A stretch of 61,177 nt of DNA from Candidatus Woesearchaeota archaeon (GTDB taxonomy: Archaea > Nanobdellota > Nanobdellia > Woesearchaeales > DSVV01), in NCBI GenBank assembly GCA_016935125.1, contig JAFGRM010000035.1:1-61177 (forward strand), in the 5' to 3' direction. The position numbers and the translations under genes are program-made. Under the pieces are notes generated by a model that was not told the origin of the DNA, made no database searches, and worked only from the letters and a program-made list of their open reading frames with translations. This document shows, one piece after another, positions 1-10,097 of this stretch. How positions within the stretch are numbered: position 1 is the first letter of the stretch; each line of letters starts with the position of its first letter.

Positions 1-1979
1 CCCTGTCATGAGCAAGGATAGTGACACTACATATGCCATCGTTCCCTGCTGGAACATCCCATGTATAGTTCCAGACAAGGTTTGATTCCTTTACCATCGC
101 TGCTCCACTCACAACTGAGCCTATGGTTATCGTAGGCGGAACAGTCTCATCTATCTGGTCTGCTTCAGTGAATGTTGCGGTTATTATCACAGTGTCAGCG
201 TCCCGCACGTAATTGTCGGCGTGATCATCTACCAGAACTGCTGAAGGCGCAACAGCATCAACAGTCTGGAAGTTGGCATTTGCTGCATCACCTAATATCG
301 CTGATGAAAGGAAAAGGCCTGCATCATCATCAGCCTGGCCGAATGGCGCAGTGCCTGAAACAGGCTGCAGGTCAAACTTGATAGTCTTTCCATTTGTAGC
401 GCTATTTAGCGTCGCTGTGACAAAGATCATGCTGTCCCCACCTGCAAGGTTCTGGCTCTTGCCTGAGATATACCACTCAGAGCCGGCGACATCATAGCCA
501 TCAGCACCAATATTCCCATCTCCTGTCGTCGCAGTCCCTAACAATGTATCTGCTCCGGAATCAAACAGCGAATCACCATCATCAAGCCAGAATTTCACGT
601 TTGTAATCTCACCGCTAGTGATAGTCGCACCTGCATCTATCGCCGCAGTTATCGCGTTTATCTGGTCAAGGTAATAATCGTTGTCATCAGCCTCTATTAT
701 TATTGAGTCTGCACCTGCATTCCATGCGCCGCCGCCTGCTGCATCAATTGAGTCAAAGAGCCACGCAGCCGGTATTGCCCCTGCTGCAGCTGTGCCAGCT
801 GTGTTCTCGACAGTTATTCCGGCGATGCTCGTATCGATCCCAGAATCATAATAGACATTCCCGTCATCTACCCATATGGAATCTGCTCCGACAGCCCATG
901 CACCGCCGCCTGCAGCATCATAGAAATAAAGTGTTGTCCAGTCAACGTCCTTAGAAGAATCTATTGCTGTTCCTGCTGCTGGACCTGTGCCACCTATTGT
1001 AGAGTCTGCTGCTGCTGAATATGTCAGCTCGCCGGCAACATTCTCTATGAATATGTCGTCGCCTATGGTCCACTGGGCATCTACCTCCTTGACCCAGCCA
1101 GCTGTAGCTGCGACATTTGTTCCTGCATCGTTGTCGCTTGGAGAGCCAAGCACCGCAGATTCTGCTGAAATAGAGCTCAGGCGGTAATCTGCTGCAGTGA
1201 CATTGCCACTCGTATCTGCATCATCGTATGCTGCTTCACCTGCATCAAGCACGTTGTTGGATGCTCCGATGACTGTGACTTTTCCATTTGTAAGCGTCTG
1301 GACAGTTGTCCCGACAATTATCGTATCGCCTGCATCATATGTAGTGTCGGCGCTGATAAATACGCCCTCTCCTGCATCCTTCACATTCCCTGTGCTGCCT
1401 GCTGTGACCTTGGCGTTTGTAAGCGCTTCAACGGTCTCGCCGACCACTATGGTGTCGCCTGCATCAAGGGTAGTGTCGGCGCTGACATAGACACCCTCAC
1501 CTGCGTCATAGACACCGTCTGCACCAGACACCATTGCATTAGTAAGTGTCTGTAATGGTATTGTCATTATCCCTGACAACGCGACACTGTCAGCTGTCTG
1601 AGGTGTGGTCACTGCAATCACAGCAGATGCCTGGTCTGAGCAGTTGGATGTGGTTATGTTTACAGTGACATCATTGCCGCTGATGCCTGTAACCTGGCCG
1701 TCTGCGCTGCCTACTGTGCATGTAAAATTGATAGAATCCCCTATTGCAAGCCCACCGCTGTCAGAAGTGGTGATCGTCTGTGAACCAGTATTTGCAAGGT
1801 CTACATCACCGTTGGCATTGCCTGCTACTGCCCCATTTGTCTTCATAGTAACTGTGGCAAGAAGGGCAGCCTGGTTTACGCTGAAATCAGCCGCATCAAC
1901 AGTTACTGCCAACGAGCCGTCAAACGCGATGAATGCATGAACCGTTATCACAAGTATGTAAAAAGCGTATCTGACGCAT
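1..1979 (-). CDS. Large secreted cell-surface repeat protein. The C-terminal part runs off the left edge, and there is an apparent frameshift just after the start codon.
   Basis: My own reverse-strand translation gives one uninterrupted frame from about 2074 down to 1. It is absent from the ORF track because there is no stop in the window. The protein is Thr/Asp/Ala/Gly-rich. It has a ~38-aa tandem repeat (DAGEGV.[VI]SADTT.DAGDTI.VG.TV..LTN.KVT, two copies), AAGGGAW.GADSI twice, and an Ig-like module (TATFTEADQ...WNYTWDVPAGNDG). The ATG at 1979 encodes MRQIRF but is 1 nt out of frame with the body, across the A5 run at 1960-1964. Confidence 0.7.
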
Positions 1980-2117
1980 ACGATGCTCTCTGCAGGGAAG
2001 GGGCAATCGACGATATCATGCCAAGGAAAGAGTTCGAAAAAGAGGTAGACTTCCTTGGCCTTTTATACATCAGATAGGCCAGACCCTAAAACTAGATAGT
2101 GCAGATAATATACAGGA

Positions 2118-2143
2118 TGATTATGCAGATTACTGCATAATCA
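2118..2143. terminator. Perfect 11-bp hairpin (TGATTATGCAG-ATTA-CTGCATAATCA) downstream of rfcL and upstream of the surface-protein gene
   Basis: Inverted repeat read directly from the sequence. It lies about 70 nt past the rfcL stop on the minus strand. Confidence 0.3.
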
Positions 2144-2212
2144 TAAGATGACAAGACAAAATTATCTATAAGGTGGAGTTATGGATGATATGTTATTGAT
2201 AAGATAGAATTA

Positions 2213-3505
2213 TCATTGGCTCTTCCGAATCCAAGATACCTCATCCTTGTCAAGATCATACCCTTCAATTATCGCATCAGACATCCTGCCTCCAATGCTT
2301 ATTATATGCTGGACATAAGGCAGGGTATCTTTTACAGTCCTCTTAAGAGAAGTATGTGTCCTTGCAGCGATCTTCTCTGCGATGGAAAGCCTTTTTGCAT
2401 ACTTCATCTTTGCCTGCCATATCCTAAGCGGGCGCATGCTCTGCCTATAATGCACAAACTCCGTCTTCTTCTTATCCTTTGACACTGCAATCCCTGCAGT
2501 GAGGAACGCGTTGATATAGACCATAAAGCGCCAGTGCTGCCACCGCCTGATCCTCCTGCTGAATACATCTGCCTTTGACATGTAATCATAGGCACGGGCA
2601 AGGTCCTCTGGGCTTGTGTATTCATAAGGGAGGTTCTCATCGATCCAGAGCCTGACTGTATCCATATCCTCGTCGATATTATCAAGCGCGCCTAACGCTA
2701 TCTTTGGATCTGTCGTCTTGAGTATCCTGACCAAGGCATTCGGAAGCGACTCCTTCTGCTCCCGTTCAGAGAGGCTCTCAAGATCCTCCCGGACAAGCGA
2801 ACCATTGTGTGAGGAAAGCGTCTGTAGATCGTTTATCGCAGCCCTCATGTCCCCGCCTGCACGCCTTGCAAGGGTCTTTAAGGCCACCTCATCAAACGCT
2901 ATATTCTCGTATCCTGAAATCAGGACAAGCCTCTTGTATATAGAGGTGTAAGAAAGCGAAGAATAGCTTATAAGCCTGCACTTTGTGCGGATAGAAGAAA
3001 GCTTCTGCTGATAGGGATCCATCGCAGTCATAACCAGGGGAAACGAGCTTTCTGCCATGACCTTTGCAAGAGACTGAAGAGCACCCCTATCTTTTGTCCC
3101 AGAAAGCCCATCAACCTCATCGACAAGTATAACCTTGCCTTTTGCAAAAAGCGGCATCTGCTTTGAAGCGCTGCCTATGATGCTCCTTATCCTGTCCTGG
3201 TTGCGAAAATCAGACGCATTCACCTCAACAACCTCAAAGCCCAGCTCTGCTGCAATCGAGTACACTGAGCATGTCTTGCCGCTGCCAGATGGGCCGTATA
3301 TAAACGCTGCCTTCTTTGCCATGCTCCTGTAGCCTACAATGTACTGCTTGAGCTCGGCAACTGATGCATCCTGCCCTACAATCTCTGCAGTGCTCTTCGG
3401 AAGATATTTTATGATCCAGGGCCTAGAATCTTTATAGGGCTTGGAATCCTTAGATAGCCTGGAATCCTCAACCATCCTGCCATCTGTAGTACAATCTCTT
3501 GCCAT
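2213..3505 (-). CDS. rfcL: Replication factor C large subunit (AAA+ clamp loader)
   Basis: Walker A GPSGSGKT, NASDFR, Walker B ILVDEVDG and GGDMRAAINDLQ motifs. Length of 430 aa is typical of archaeal RfcL. Confidence 0.9.
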   Translation of the reverse strand: MARDCTTDGRMVEDSRLSKDSKPYKDSRPWIIKYLPKSTAEIVGQDASVAELKQYIVGYRSMAKKAAFIYGPSGSGKTCSVYSIAAELGFEVVEVNASDFRNQDRIRSIIGSASKQMPLFAKGKVILVDEVDGLSGTKDRGALQSLAKVMAESSFPLVMTAMDPYQQKLSSIRTKCRLISYSSLSYTSIYKRLVLISGYENIAFDEVALKTLARRAGGDMRAAINDLQTLSSHNGSLVREDLESLSEREQKESLPNALVRILKTTDPKIALGALDNIDEDMDTVRLWIDENLPYEYTSPEDLARAYDYMSKADVFSRRIRRWQHWRFMVYINAFLTAGIAVSKDKKKTEFVHYRQSMRPLRIWQAKMKYAKRLSIAEKIAARTHTSLKRTVKDTLPYVQHIISIGGRMSDAIIEGYDLDKDEVSWIRKSQ

Positions 3506-3601
3506 ATGGACTTAGGGATAAAGCCTTATTAATATTGTTTTTGATTGCAAGAATATCTGAAGCTTTAAACACTTAAAAGACACATTAAAGAAGAATTAGA
3601 G

Positions 3602-3639
3602 AATAGATTAGAGAACATGTAATAGATTAGAGAACATGT
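3602..3639. repeat. Perfect 19-nt tandem duplication (AATAGATTAGAGAACATGT, two copies) inside an AT-rich promoter region with repeated ..TTAAA.. motifs
   Basis: Read directly. It lies between the rfcL start (3505) and the stop of the upstream permease gene (3675). Confidence 0.6.
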
Positions 3640-3674
3640 TAAAGAATATGTTAAATAGCATCTTAAACAGCACA

Positions 3675-5645
3675 TTAAACAAAAGGCACATCGTATTCTG
3701 ACTTCATACCATAGACATAAAGGTAGTTCCACATCGACATCTTTATCTTTCTCACGTGGACTGCAAACCCGCATTCCCTAAACAGCTCGATCAGCTTCTT
3801 CTCGTCAGAAAGCCAGCTTACATTAGGTATGACCTTAAAGAGGTCAACATAGTCTATAAAAAAGACCTTGCCGCCTTCTGGGAGGAGCACAGCTATCTCC
3901 CTAAGGACCTTTTTTATGTCCTGAATATAGCCAAGCATGCCGAATGACACGACGATATCTACATTAGGGATTGAATCATGCACCCTGTTCATCTGGTGGA
4001 TGTCATGCAGGAACCAGACATTCGAATGCCCTCTTCTAAGCATCCTCTGCCTTGCTATCTCCACAGAAGTAAATGACATGTCTGTCGCATATATGTAACC
4101 ATCGGGACCGACCTTTTTTAGAAGCTCTTTTGTCAGTGACCCTACACCGCAGCCAAACTCAAGTATCTTTTTTCCCTTAACATCCTCAAGATGCGTGTCT
4201 ATGTCCTGTATAACCTTTTTTGGGAGAAGAAGCCTTTCGCATGCGAGGTTCAAGTATGCTAATATGTTGCCTATCTTGACTATGATATCAGGGTCATAGT
4301 AAGTTACCAAGAGAAGGAATATGGGTACTCCAAATAAGAGAAGCGAACCACCAAGCTTTAAAAGCTGTATCGCTTCAGTTGCATCTTCCATGAACCATGC
4401 GATTACCAGTAAGATATTGGTCATTATTATTACAGGAACACCTACATTTGCAAAAGGAACCTTAAAAGGCCTTTCATGATGGGGCAGCCTTCTCCTCATT
4501 ATAGGCACTATCACTATGACAAAAGACATCATTATTGTAACAAGAATAACCAATAGCTTGACAAGTCTTAAGTATGCATCCTCCTGTATCAGTGTGAAAA
4601 CAATAAGTAATGAAACTACAACAGTCTGGAACAGTATAGCATTATATGGAGTCTTACGCTTCTCATGTATCCTTGCAAAGCTGGTAGGAAACAGCTTGTC
4701 TTCTGCAAGTGACAGAATAAGCCTAGGAGTCGTCACTGTAAGCCCGGCTGCAGAGCCAACAATCGCAAAGAAAACACCGAATACGAATATGCTCTGCGCA
4801 GTGGTGCCTGTAGTCGTAGCAATCAGATCAGCAAATGGTGCTGCAACCTGTGAGAGCTGCGACCAGTCCGAAGTGGTGCCAAGTGTTGATATCACAAATA
4901 CCATGGTCAGACCAACAGCTAACAACGAGGCCAGCAAGAGTGATTTTGGCAAAACCCTTTCAGGATCTCTTGTTTCCCCAGCAAGAAAACATATGCCTTC
5001 AAACCCAAAGAATGTCTCAGATATAAGAAAAACAGTAAACGCGATAACGCTCAGGTTTGCCAAAAACCCGTTTTGGGTAAAGAAAGGTCTAAGATTTTCA
5101 ATATCAAAGTGTGTTTCAAGCCTAAAGTTCATGAGCGCATTGATATCAATCAGAGATGTAACTATGACGAAAAACGCCATGGTAAGAGTTATACATGCAA
5201 AGGCCAAGAGCATGTTCGCGCTTGTCTGCACACCCCTAAATGTTATGTAATTGAATAGTGCCACAAGCAACAAGGATACCAATATCTTATGCAGGAGAAG
5301 TCCCTGTGGCATGATATAATCAATTGCACCGACTACCAGCATCGCTATCGTGACATTCTCAACTATCCATGTCAGCCAGCCCATCATAAATGATGGTAAT
5401 ATGCCATAGGCACGTTTTGAGTATTCATATATACCACCTGATTTTGGAAACATCGACACAAGTTCACCAAAACACATTATCGTATATACAGCAATCGCAG
5501 CCAATACCAACCAAGAGATTATTGATGCAGATCCAGCAGTCCCTGCACCTTTTGCAGGCAAGAAAAAGAGTCCTGTACCAAGGATAGAATTTATGGTTAT
5601 AAAGGTTATTACCTTTTTACTCAACACTCTCTTTAGTTCTGCCAC
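3675..5645 (-). CDS. APC-superfamily amino-acid/polyamine permease fused to a C-terminal class I SAM-dependent methyltransferase domain
   Basis: The N-terminal ~450 aa is multi-TM with an APC-like GTGLFFLP...ISW motif. The C-terminal ~200 aa has MTase motif I ILEFGCGVG, post-I YATDMS and motif II DIVVSFGML. Confidence 0.85.
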   Translation of the reverse strand: MAELKRVLSKKVITFITINSILGTGLFFLPAKGAGTAGSASIISWLVLAAIAVYTIMCFGELVSMFPKSGGIYEYSKRAYGILPSFMMGWLTWIVENVTIAMLVVGAIDYIMPQGLLLHKILVSLLLVALFNYITFRGVQTSANMLLAFACITLTMAFFVIVTSLIDINALMNFRLETHFDIENLRPFFTQNGFLANLSVIAFTVFLISETFFGFEGICFLAGETRDPERVLPKSLLLASLLAVGLTMVFVISTLGTTSDWSQLSQVAAPFADLIATTTGTTAQSIFVFGVFFAIVGSAAGLTVTTPRLILSLAEDKLFPTSFARIHEKRKTPYNAILFQTVVVSLLIVFTLIQEDAYLRLVKLLVILVTIMMSFVIVIVPIMRRRLPHHERPFKVPFANVGVPVIIMTNILLVIAWFMEDATEAIQLLKLGGSLLLFGVPIFLLLVTYYDPDIIVKIGNILAYLNLACERLLLPKKVIQDIDTHLEDVKGKKILEFGCGVGSLTKELLKKVGPDGYIYATDMSFTSVEIARQRMLRRGHSNVWFLHDIHQMNRVHDSIPNVDIVVSFGMLGYIQDIKKVLREIAVLLPEGGKVFFIDYVDLFKVIPNVSWLSDEKKLIELFRECGFAVHVRKIKMSMWNYLYVYGMKSEYDVPFV

Positions 5646-5701
5646 AGGTTCACCTCTTTTTAGATATAAGCCATCATCACTAAATATAAATATTTTGGTT
5701 T

Positions 5702-5717
5702 AAAAAGATTTAAATAC
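5702..5717 (+). promoter_or_regulatory. BRE/TATA-like element (AAAAAGATTTAAATAC) about 25-30 nt upstream of the dph2 ATG, implying a leaderless or short-leader mRNA
   Basis: Sequence motif and its spacing to the ATG at 5740. Confidence 0.4.
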
Positions 5718-5739
5718 GCAGCCAGATACTCAAAATTTT

Positions 5740-6414
5740 ATGAAAAGCCTGCATATTGAAGCCAGATACACTGGCAAGCTTGACCTTTCAGGGTTTGATG
5801 TAAAAAAGATCCCTGATAGTATCAGGACCATAGCCTTGTTCACAACAGTACAATATATGAATTTTCTTGATAGTGTAAAAGAGCATCTTGTGACCAACGG
5901 AAAAAAAGTCAGGCTGCTTAAGCCAAAAAATACATCCTATCCTGGCCAGGTGCTAGGATGCACGATAGAGGAGTTTGAAGGGAGGGACAGGATAGATGGA
6001 ATTGTCTTTATAGGTGACGGGATGTTCCATCCTCTGGCGCTCTCATTGAAAAACAAAATACCTGTCTATATATACAACCCTTTGAGCAGAAAACTAAAGG
6101 CACTTGACAGATCAGAAGCAGAAAAGACAGGCAAAAAAGCAAGGCTTGGCATGATAAGGTTCCATTCAAGCGAGAGGATAGGGCTTCTCATCTCGACAAA
6201 ACCTGGCCAGGGAGATATCGCATCTCTGGACAAGCTTAAAAAAAAGCATCCTGAAAAGAGCTACTACATGCTTGCATTCGACACATTGGACTTTACGCAG
6301 CTTGAGAACTTCCCTTTCATAGAATGCTTTGTGAACTGCGCCTGTCAAAGGATGGGATATGAGGATTCTGCAAAATTCCCCAGGCCTGTCGCTGATATCA
6401 ACGACCTAATCTGA
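5740..6414 (+). CDS. dph2: Diphthamide synthesis protein Dph2-like (2-(3-amino-3-carboxypropyl)histidine synthase), short form
   Basis: PGQVLGC, FIGDGMFHPLAL, LISTKPGQ and FPFIECFVNCAC motifs match domains 2-3 of archaeal Dph2. At 224 aa it is shorter than the ~330 aa typical length. Confidence 0.75.
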   Translation: MKSLHIEARYTGKLDLSGFDVKKIPDSIRTIALFTTVQYMNFLDSVKEHLVTNGKKVRLLKPKNTSYPGQVLGCTIEEFEGRDRIDGIVFIGDGMFHPLALSLKNKIPVYIYNPLSRKLKALDRSEAEKTGKKARLGMIRFHSSERIGLLISTKPGQGDIASLDKLKKKHPEKSYYMLAFDTLDFTQLENFPFIECFVNCACQRMGYEDSAKFPRPVADINDLI

Positions 6415-9400
6415 AAGCTGGCTCGCTGCAATAGGCCCTGGCATGGCTGCAGCTGCCAGGTCATTCGTAATATTATCTCTCTTCTTTATATGTTTATATG
6501 GCAGGATAAAAGTGAATGTGCTTCCTTTGCCGAGTTTTGACTTGACAGTTATCTTTCCGTTATGGACATTCAGGATATGCTTTACAATAACCAGCCCCAA
6601 TCCTGTCCCACCCTGCTCGCGCGTCATAGAGCTGTCAAACTGCACAAACTTGTTGAACAGCTTTGGTATGAACTCTTCAGGGATTCCCCTTCCAGTATCT
6701 TTTACAGAGATGGATATGTTTTTCCTGACTTTCTTTATCACGACCATGACCTTGCCCCCTGGCGAAGAGAACTTGATCGCGTTGCTGATGAGGTTTATGT
6801 AGACCTGCTTAATCAGATCCCTGCTTGCCTCGATCTCTGTCTTATTGGTCTTTAATACAACATTAACCAAGATGCCGTTTTCCCTTGCTGACATGCTAAG
6901 CGTCTTTATGGTCTCATTGGCCAGAAGAGCAACATCAACCTTTTCTATATCAACCTTGGCTTTGCCTGATTCAAGCTTAGACAGGTCCAACACATCATTG
7001 ATCAGGCGCGTCAGCCTGTCCCCCTCCTCTGATACTATCTTTAGGCACTGCATCTGTTTCTGGTTAAGCTTGCCTAGCTTTTCCATGAGCAAAAGCTTTG
7101 TATAGCCGTTTATGCTTGTCAGCGGGGTGCGAAGCTCATGGCTGACATTTGACACAAAATCAGACTTCAGCTCGTCAAGCTTCAAGAGCTCTATGTTTTT
7201 CTGCCTCAGCTCCTGCGTCGCTATCTCTACCTCTGTCTTGAGCCTGACATTGAATTTACTGACCTTATCATACAGCCTCGCGTTCTCAAGCGCAATCGAG
7301 ATGTTGTTAGTCAATATATTGAGTGTCTTCTTTATGTACTTGAAATTATCGACCTTTGTGCTCTCAAGATCAATAACACCAAGAATCTCTCCATGGCTGA
7401 GAAGAGGGATAACCGCCATCGACCGGATATTGTCAAGGATCTTTATGTATCTCTTGTCTTTTGTGACATCACCTACTATCTCAGGCATCTTGTATTTTGC
7501 GACATGCCCAGGGATGCCCTGCCCTATCTTAAGCTTCATATGCTCAGCGTTTGCAATCTTATGCTTCTCACTGATCTTGACCTCGAGATAATTGTTTTTT
7601 ATTAGCATGATGAAGCCGAAATCCGCACCAGTGAACTCTATCGCCTTGTTTAAGACAAGCTCGAGAAGATCATCTGTGTTTAGAGTTGAGCTGACTGACC
7701 TGCTGATGTCGACAAGCGTAGAGAGTGTATCCTTGTCATACTTAATGCGCTCATAAAGCTGTGAGTTCCTTATTATCATTGATGTATGGTTAGAAAGGCT
7801 CTGCAGGAGGTCCAGCTCATCTGCTGAGAATTCCTTAGTCTCCCTGGTAAATATGTTTATGACGCCTGTTGGTCCGCCGTCAATGTACATAGGTATCGAA
7901 AGCATTGACTTAAGCCCTGCCTTCTCTGCGAATTGTGCGTTCTCATAACCCTTCTCAGAGCTTATCGACCTGATGTAGACCATCTTGTTCGTCCTAAGCG
8001 CCTTGCCGCATGGTGAATCGCAGCTGAGCATGGTTTTAGGGTCTCTCTTGTAGTTCTTTATATCAAAAGACGCAGCAAGACTAAGCTTCTTGCTCGATTC
8101 ATCAAGGAAAAATATAGAGCACATGTCGACCTTAAGAAGCTTTACTATCTTTATGACAATCATGTTGAGCAGCTTTTCCAGATTCAATGTGCTCGTTATC
8201 GTGCTTGATATATCATACAGTGCCCTCAGCTTGTTGAGCATGATTATATCATTCTTGTGCAGTATCGCGTTCTCAAGGGCCACTGCGATCTGGTTGGCAA
8301 ATATCATAAGAATGCTCAGGTCGTCTTTGGATATCAATTTTTGCGAGAACTTGTTGTCGACGCTTATTATCCCAAGGCATTTCTCCTTGCAGAGAAGGGG
8401 CAGGCTCGCAGATTCAAAAACCCCTGTCTTCCCTAGTACTTTAGAAAGCCTTGTCTTTTTTGTAGTCTTCTCGATTATTGGCTTTCTTGCGCTGATGCAT
8501 GTGTATGCCCTCCTGTGCTCATCATCAAAAGGGACAACTATCTTCCTGAACTCGGTGTCTGGCATATGGTTTGACTTTAGTCCGACAAGCTGATTATCCA
8601 CCATCTTATATATCCTCACCCTATCATAACCCAGCGATTCGAAAGCAGTGATTGCAGTCTCGATGTTATCATTGATATCAAGTGATTGCTGCAGGTTGGA
8701 TGACATCTTAAAGAGCATCAAGAGCCTCTGGTTAAGCTCTGCAAAAGTTCGCTCATTCTGCTTCTTCTCTGTTATGTCCTTTGTTATATGTACCACCTGC
8801 TTGATAACCCTGTTGCTGTCAAAAATAGGGTATGTAGAGATATTTAGAAATAGCTCTCTCTTATTTTTTGGGTCATAAGAGTTGAGCTCGCATTCCGCTT
8901 TCTTCATGGTCTCAAGCGTCTTTGATAGGGCACAGGCATCACATTCCCTGCCATGTGCGTTATAAAATTCATAGCACCTCTTCCCTATTATACTGCTTAA
9001 ACTCATGCCAACTCTCTTTAAGACCTCCTTGTTTGCCGAGATGATCTTTCTTGTATTAGGCTCTATAACAAGAACCTCGTCAGATATGCCATCTATTATG
9101 CTTTTGTTGAACCTGTTAAGTGCATTGATCTTTTCATTAGACTCGATAAGCTTTAATTCCGCCTGCTTTCTTTTTGAGATGTCCCTGAATATCCCCTCTA
9201 CCCCTGCAATCCTGCCGTCCTTATCATAATAATAACAGGAATTCGTGCTTACAGTTACGACTGACCTGTCCTTTTTTACCAGATCTATCTCATAATCTGT
9301 TACCTTCCCGTCCTTCTGCAGCTTTCTCAGGAACTTTCTCCTCTCATAGGGATTAGAATAGAAATCCCTTGCCATGTCCTTGCCAGCCACTTCATCTGAT

Positions 9401-10062
9401 GACTTGTAGCCCATCATCTTCAGTGTTGATGGTGAGACCAAAATTATCTTCCCGTTCTTGTCTGTCCTATAGAAATAGTCAGGCATGTTCTGGAATACTG
9501 TCCTCAGCTTCTCCTCCTCTTCCCTAAGAAGCTCCTCTGCAACCTTCCTGTCTGTTACGTTTTCTATTGTACCGTCAAAAAAAGTGATCTTATGGTTATC
9601 CTTATCATACACAACTTTAGCAGTGATGCTGCACCATAGTGGGTGGCCGTCTTTTTTCCTGAGCTGGACCTCATATCCTGCAACATAGCCTTTCTTGACA
9701 AGCTCTTTTGAGAGTGCTAGCCTGTCCGCCTTGTTTATGTATAACTCTGAGACAGGAAGGTTCCTTACCTCACTCTCATCTGCGAACCCGAACAACTTAA
9801 GAAAGCTCTTGTTCGTATGGACAAATTTCCCGTTTTGCCCAGGGGTTGTCCTGAAGATGCCAATAGGCATGTCCTTTAGGATGGATATATAGAACTCATC
9901 AGACGCATTGAGTATGTTTCTGGATGCATGCACTGTGTTGCCAGATGCATGCTTACTTTTTCTGCGACTATGTTTTACATCCTTTATCCTTCTATTGCTA
10001 TCTGAATCTTTCCTGATCCTGCCTTTTTCAGGTTTATCCATTTTTAGCACTTGTTCATTCAT
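6406..10062 (-). CDS. Cytoplasmic multi-sensor histidine kinase (several PAS and GAF domains, HisKA, HATPase_c)
   Basis: H-box SHELRTPLTSI, plus N/G1/G2 boxes (NAIKFS, DTGRGI, GGTGLGL). PAS-like and GAF-like repeats fill the upstream region. No TM segment is seen. Confidence 0.9.
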   Translation of the reverse strand: MNEQVLKMDKPEKGRIRKDSDSNRRIKDVKHSRRKSKHASGNTVHASRNILNASDEFYISILKDMPIGIFRTTPGQNGKFVHTNKSFLKLFGFADESEVRNLPVSELYINKADRLALSKELVKKGYVAGYEVQLRKKDGHPLWCSITAKVVYDKDNHKITFFDGTIENVTDRKVAEELLREEEEKLRTVFQNMPDYFYRTDKNGKIILVSPSTLKMMGYKSSDEVAGKDMARDFYSNPYERRKFLRKLQKDGKVTDYEIDLVKKDRSVVTVSTNSCYYYDKDGRIAGVEGIFRDISKRKQAELKLIESNEKINALNRFNKSIIDGISDEVLVIEPNTRKIISANKEVLKRVGMSLSSIIGKRCYEFYNAHGRECDACALSKTLETMKKAECELNSYDPKNKRELFLNISTYPIFDSNRVIKQVVHITKDITEKKQNERTFAELNQRLLMLFKMSSNLQQSLDINDNIETAITAFESLGYDRVRIYKMVDNQLVGLKSNHMPDTEFRKIVVPFDDEHRRAYTCISARKPIIEKTTKKTRLSKVLGKTGVFESASLPLLCKEKCLGIISVDNKFSQKLISKDDLSILMIFANQIAVALENAILHKNDIIMLNKLRALYDISSTITSTLNLEKLLNMIVIKIVKLLKVDMCSIFFLDESSKKLSLAASFDIKNYKRDPKTMLSCDSPCGKALRTNKMVYIRSISSEKGYENAQFAEKAGLKSMLSIPMYIDGGPTGVINIFTRETKEFSADELDLLQSLSNHTSMIIRNSQLYERIKYDKDTLSTLVDISRSVSSTLNTDDLLELVLNKAIEFTGADFGFIMLIKNNYLEVKISEKHKIANAEHMKLKIGQGIPGHVAKYKMPEIVGDVTKDKRYIKILDNIRSMAVIPLLSHGEILGVIDLESTKVDNFKYIKKTLNILTNNISIALENARLYDKVSKFNVRLKTEVEIATQELRQKNIELLKLDELKSDFVSNVSHELRTPLTSINGYTKLLLMEKLGKLNQKQMQCLKIVSEEGDRLTRLINDVLDLSKLESGKAKVDIEKVDVALLANETIKTLSMSARENGILVNVVLKTNKTEIEASRDLIKQVYINLISNAIKFSSPGGKVMVVIKKVRKNISISVKDTGRGIPEEFIPKLFNKFVQFDSSMTREQGGTGLGLVIVKHILNVHNGKITVKSKLGKGSTFTFILPYKHIKKRDNITNDLAAAAMPGPIAASQLSD

Positions 10063-10097
10063 GTGTTTTTATGGAGGTATTTTTCCTTGTAGCGCTT

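Noticed and set aside
172-1940. Six plus-strand ORFs (66-111 aa) listed in the track
   Set aside because: They are antisense to one long uninterrupted minus-strand frame with clear surface-protein repeats. Their translations are low-complexity (S/A/P/V/T-rich) mirror images.
4516-5250. Long antisense ORFs inside conserved genes (4516-5250, 10420-11175, 10925-11872, 25501-26121, 28748-29434, 43015-43680, 48102-48788, 50686-51450, 54815-55489)
   Set aside because: Each lies fully within, and opposite to, a gene with strong family motifs (permease, kinases, purL, purM, trxB, rpoB, rpoA', S12/S7). Their translations are Ser/Leu/Phe/Ile-rich with no recognisable motifs. This is typical of stop-poor antisense frames.
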